The notes below the pieces were generated by a model, which was not told where the DNA came from, searched no databases, and saw only the letters and a list, made by a program, of their open reading frames with translations. Source: Amphiscolops sp. MND2022 (Eukaryota). Taken from it: a stretch of DNA of 64,000 nucleotides. How positions within the stretch are numbered: position 1 is the first letter of the stretch; the number at the start of each line of letters is the position of its first letter. Below are positions 63,701 through 64,000 of the stretch, piece after piece. The stretch is taken from assembly GCA_964187785.1 (NCBI GenBank), contig OZ076413.1, positions 46,750,001 through 46,814,000 on the forward strand. Direction: 5' to 3'. The position numbers were made by a program, and so were the translations under genes.

Positions 63701-64000
63701 GGTGTCGTTGGATTTCCTCGCCATAAACGCGTAATCGACGGATACGCTAGCTGTCTGTTGTGTTCTGTGGAAGTTAGTATTCTTAGGCGGGGCTTATTTT
63801 CATTGTGGGACCACTGAAAAGGTGTGGATCTCACCAGTCTAGAGCAAAAGTACCGGATTATGGTGCAAAAACTTTTGCTGGACAAATCGTGCCGTCCAGT
63901 GTCCGCCGAGGAGGACAGGCGTATTCGTCTAGCGAGGATGTCTGAGCCCCCTGTGTTCTTGGAATCTTCGTTAAGTCTGTCAATCGAAAAACATGTTGCC
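60793..64000 (-). mobile_element. Probable second LTR retrotransposon (3' end only, runs off the window)
   Basis: ...GCATGACA|CTTCCCCTCT at 61560/61561 reads as PPT AGAGGGGAAG plus LTR start TGTCATG on the minus strand, the same geometry as 13183/13184. Left LTR end is uncertain (TGT at 60793, 60809 or 60843). A + strand spliced gene follows. Confidence 0.55.
62345..64000 (+). pseudogene. Spliced gene homologous to the accessory zinc-finger gene at 15677-19909 (partial, decayed)
   Basis: Exons 62345-62588, 62810-62944, 63091-63479 and 63654->64000 with phase-1 GT-AG introns. Frame break at about 63250-63302 and TGA at 63815. Finger sequence CLLCSVEVSILRRGLFSLWDH*KGVDLTSLEQKYR. Confidence 0.7.

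Overview
AT-rich, repeat-dense eukaryotic (animal-like) DNA. It holds two host genes on the + strand: an intronless DHX35-type DEAH helicase (47423-49474) and a 12-exon FZR1/Cdh1 (50311-56793). The main feature is a 16,460-bp Ty3/Gypsy LTR retrotransposon on the minus strand (11635-28094; two 1,549-bp TG..CA LTRs, CTTGT target-site duplication). Its gag frame begins about 215 codons inside the LTR. Between pol and the 3' LTR it carries about 7 kb of cargo: (i) an antisense, multi-intron gene for a ~1,260-1,300-aa protein with a BED-like C2H2 finger and a catalytically degenerate hAT-transposase-like body, and (ii) a sense ORF that runs through the PPT into U3. A 23-bp motif, TGCWGTC-N5-GAC-N5-GTC, occurs 16 times across the element in both orientations. 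A second, divergent element at the right edge (about 60800-64000) appears to share this layout, with a homologous spliced zinc-finger gene. The window also contains a decayed Copia element (TA..AA ends, duplicated PBS), decayed Gypsy and LINE fragments, MITEs, Helentron-like repeats and tRNA-derived repeats. All calls were made by eye; no database searches were run.
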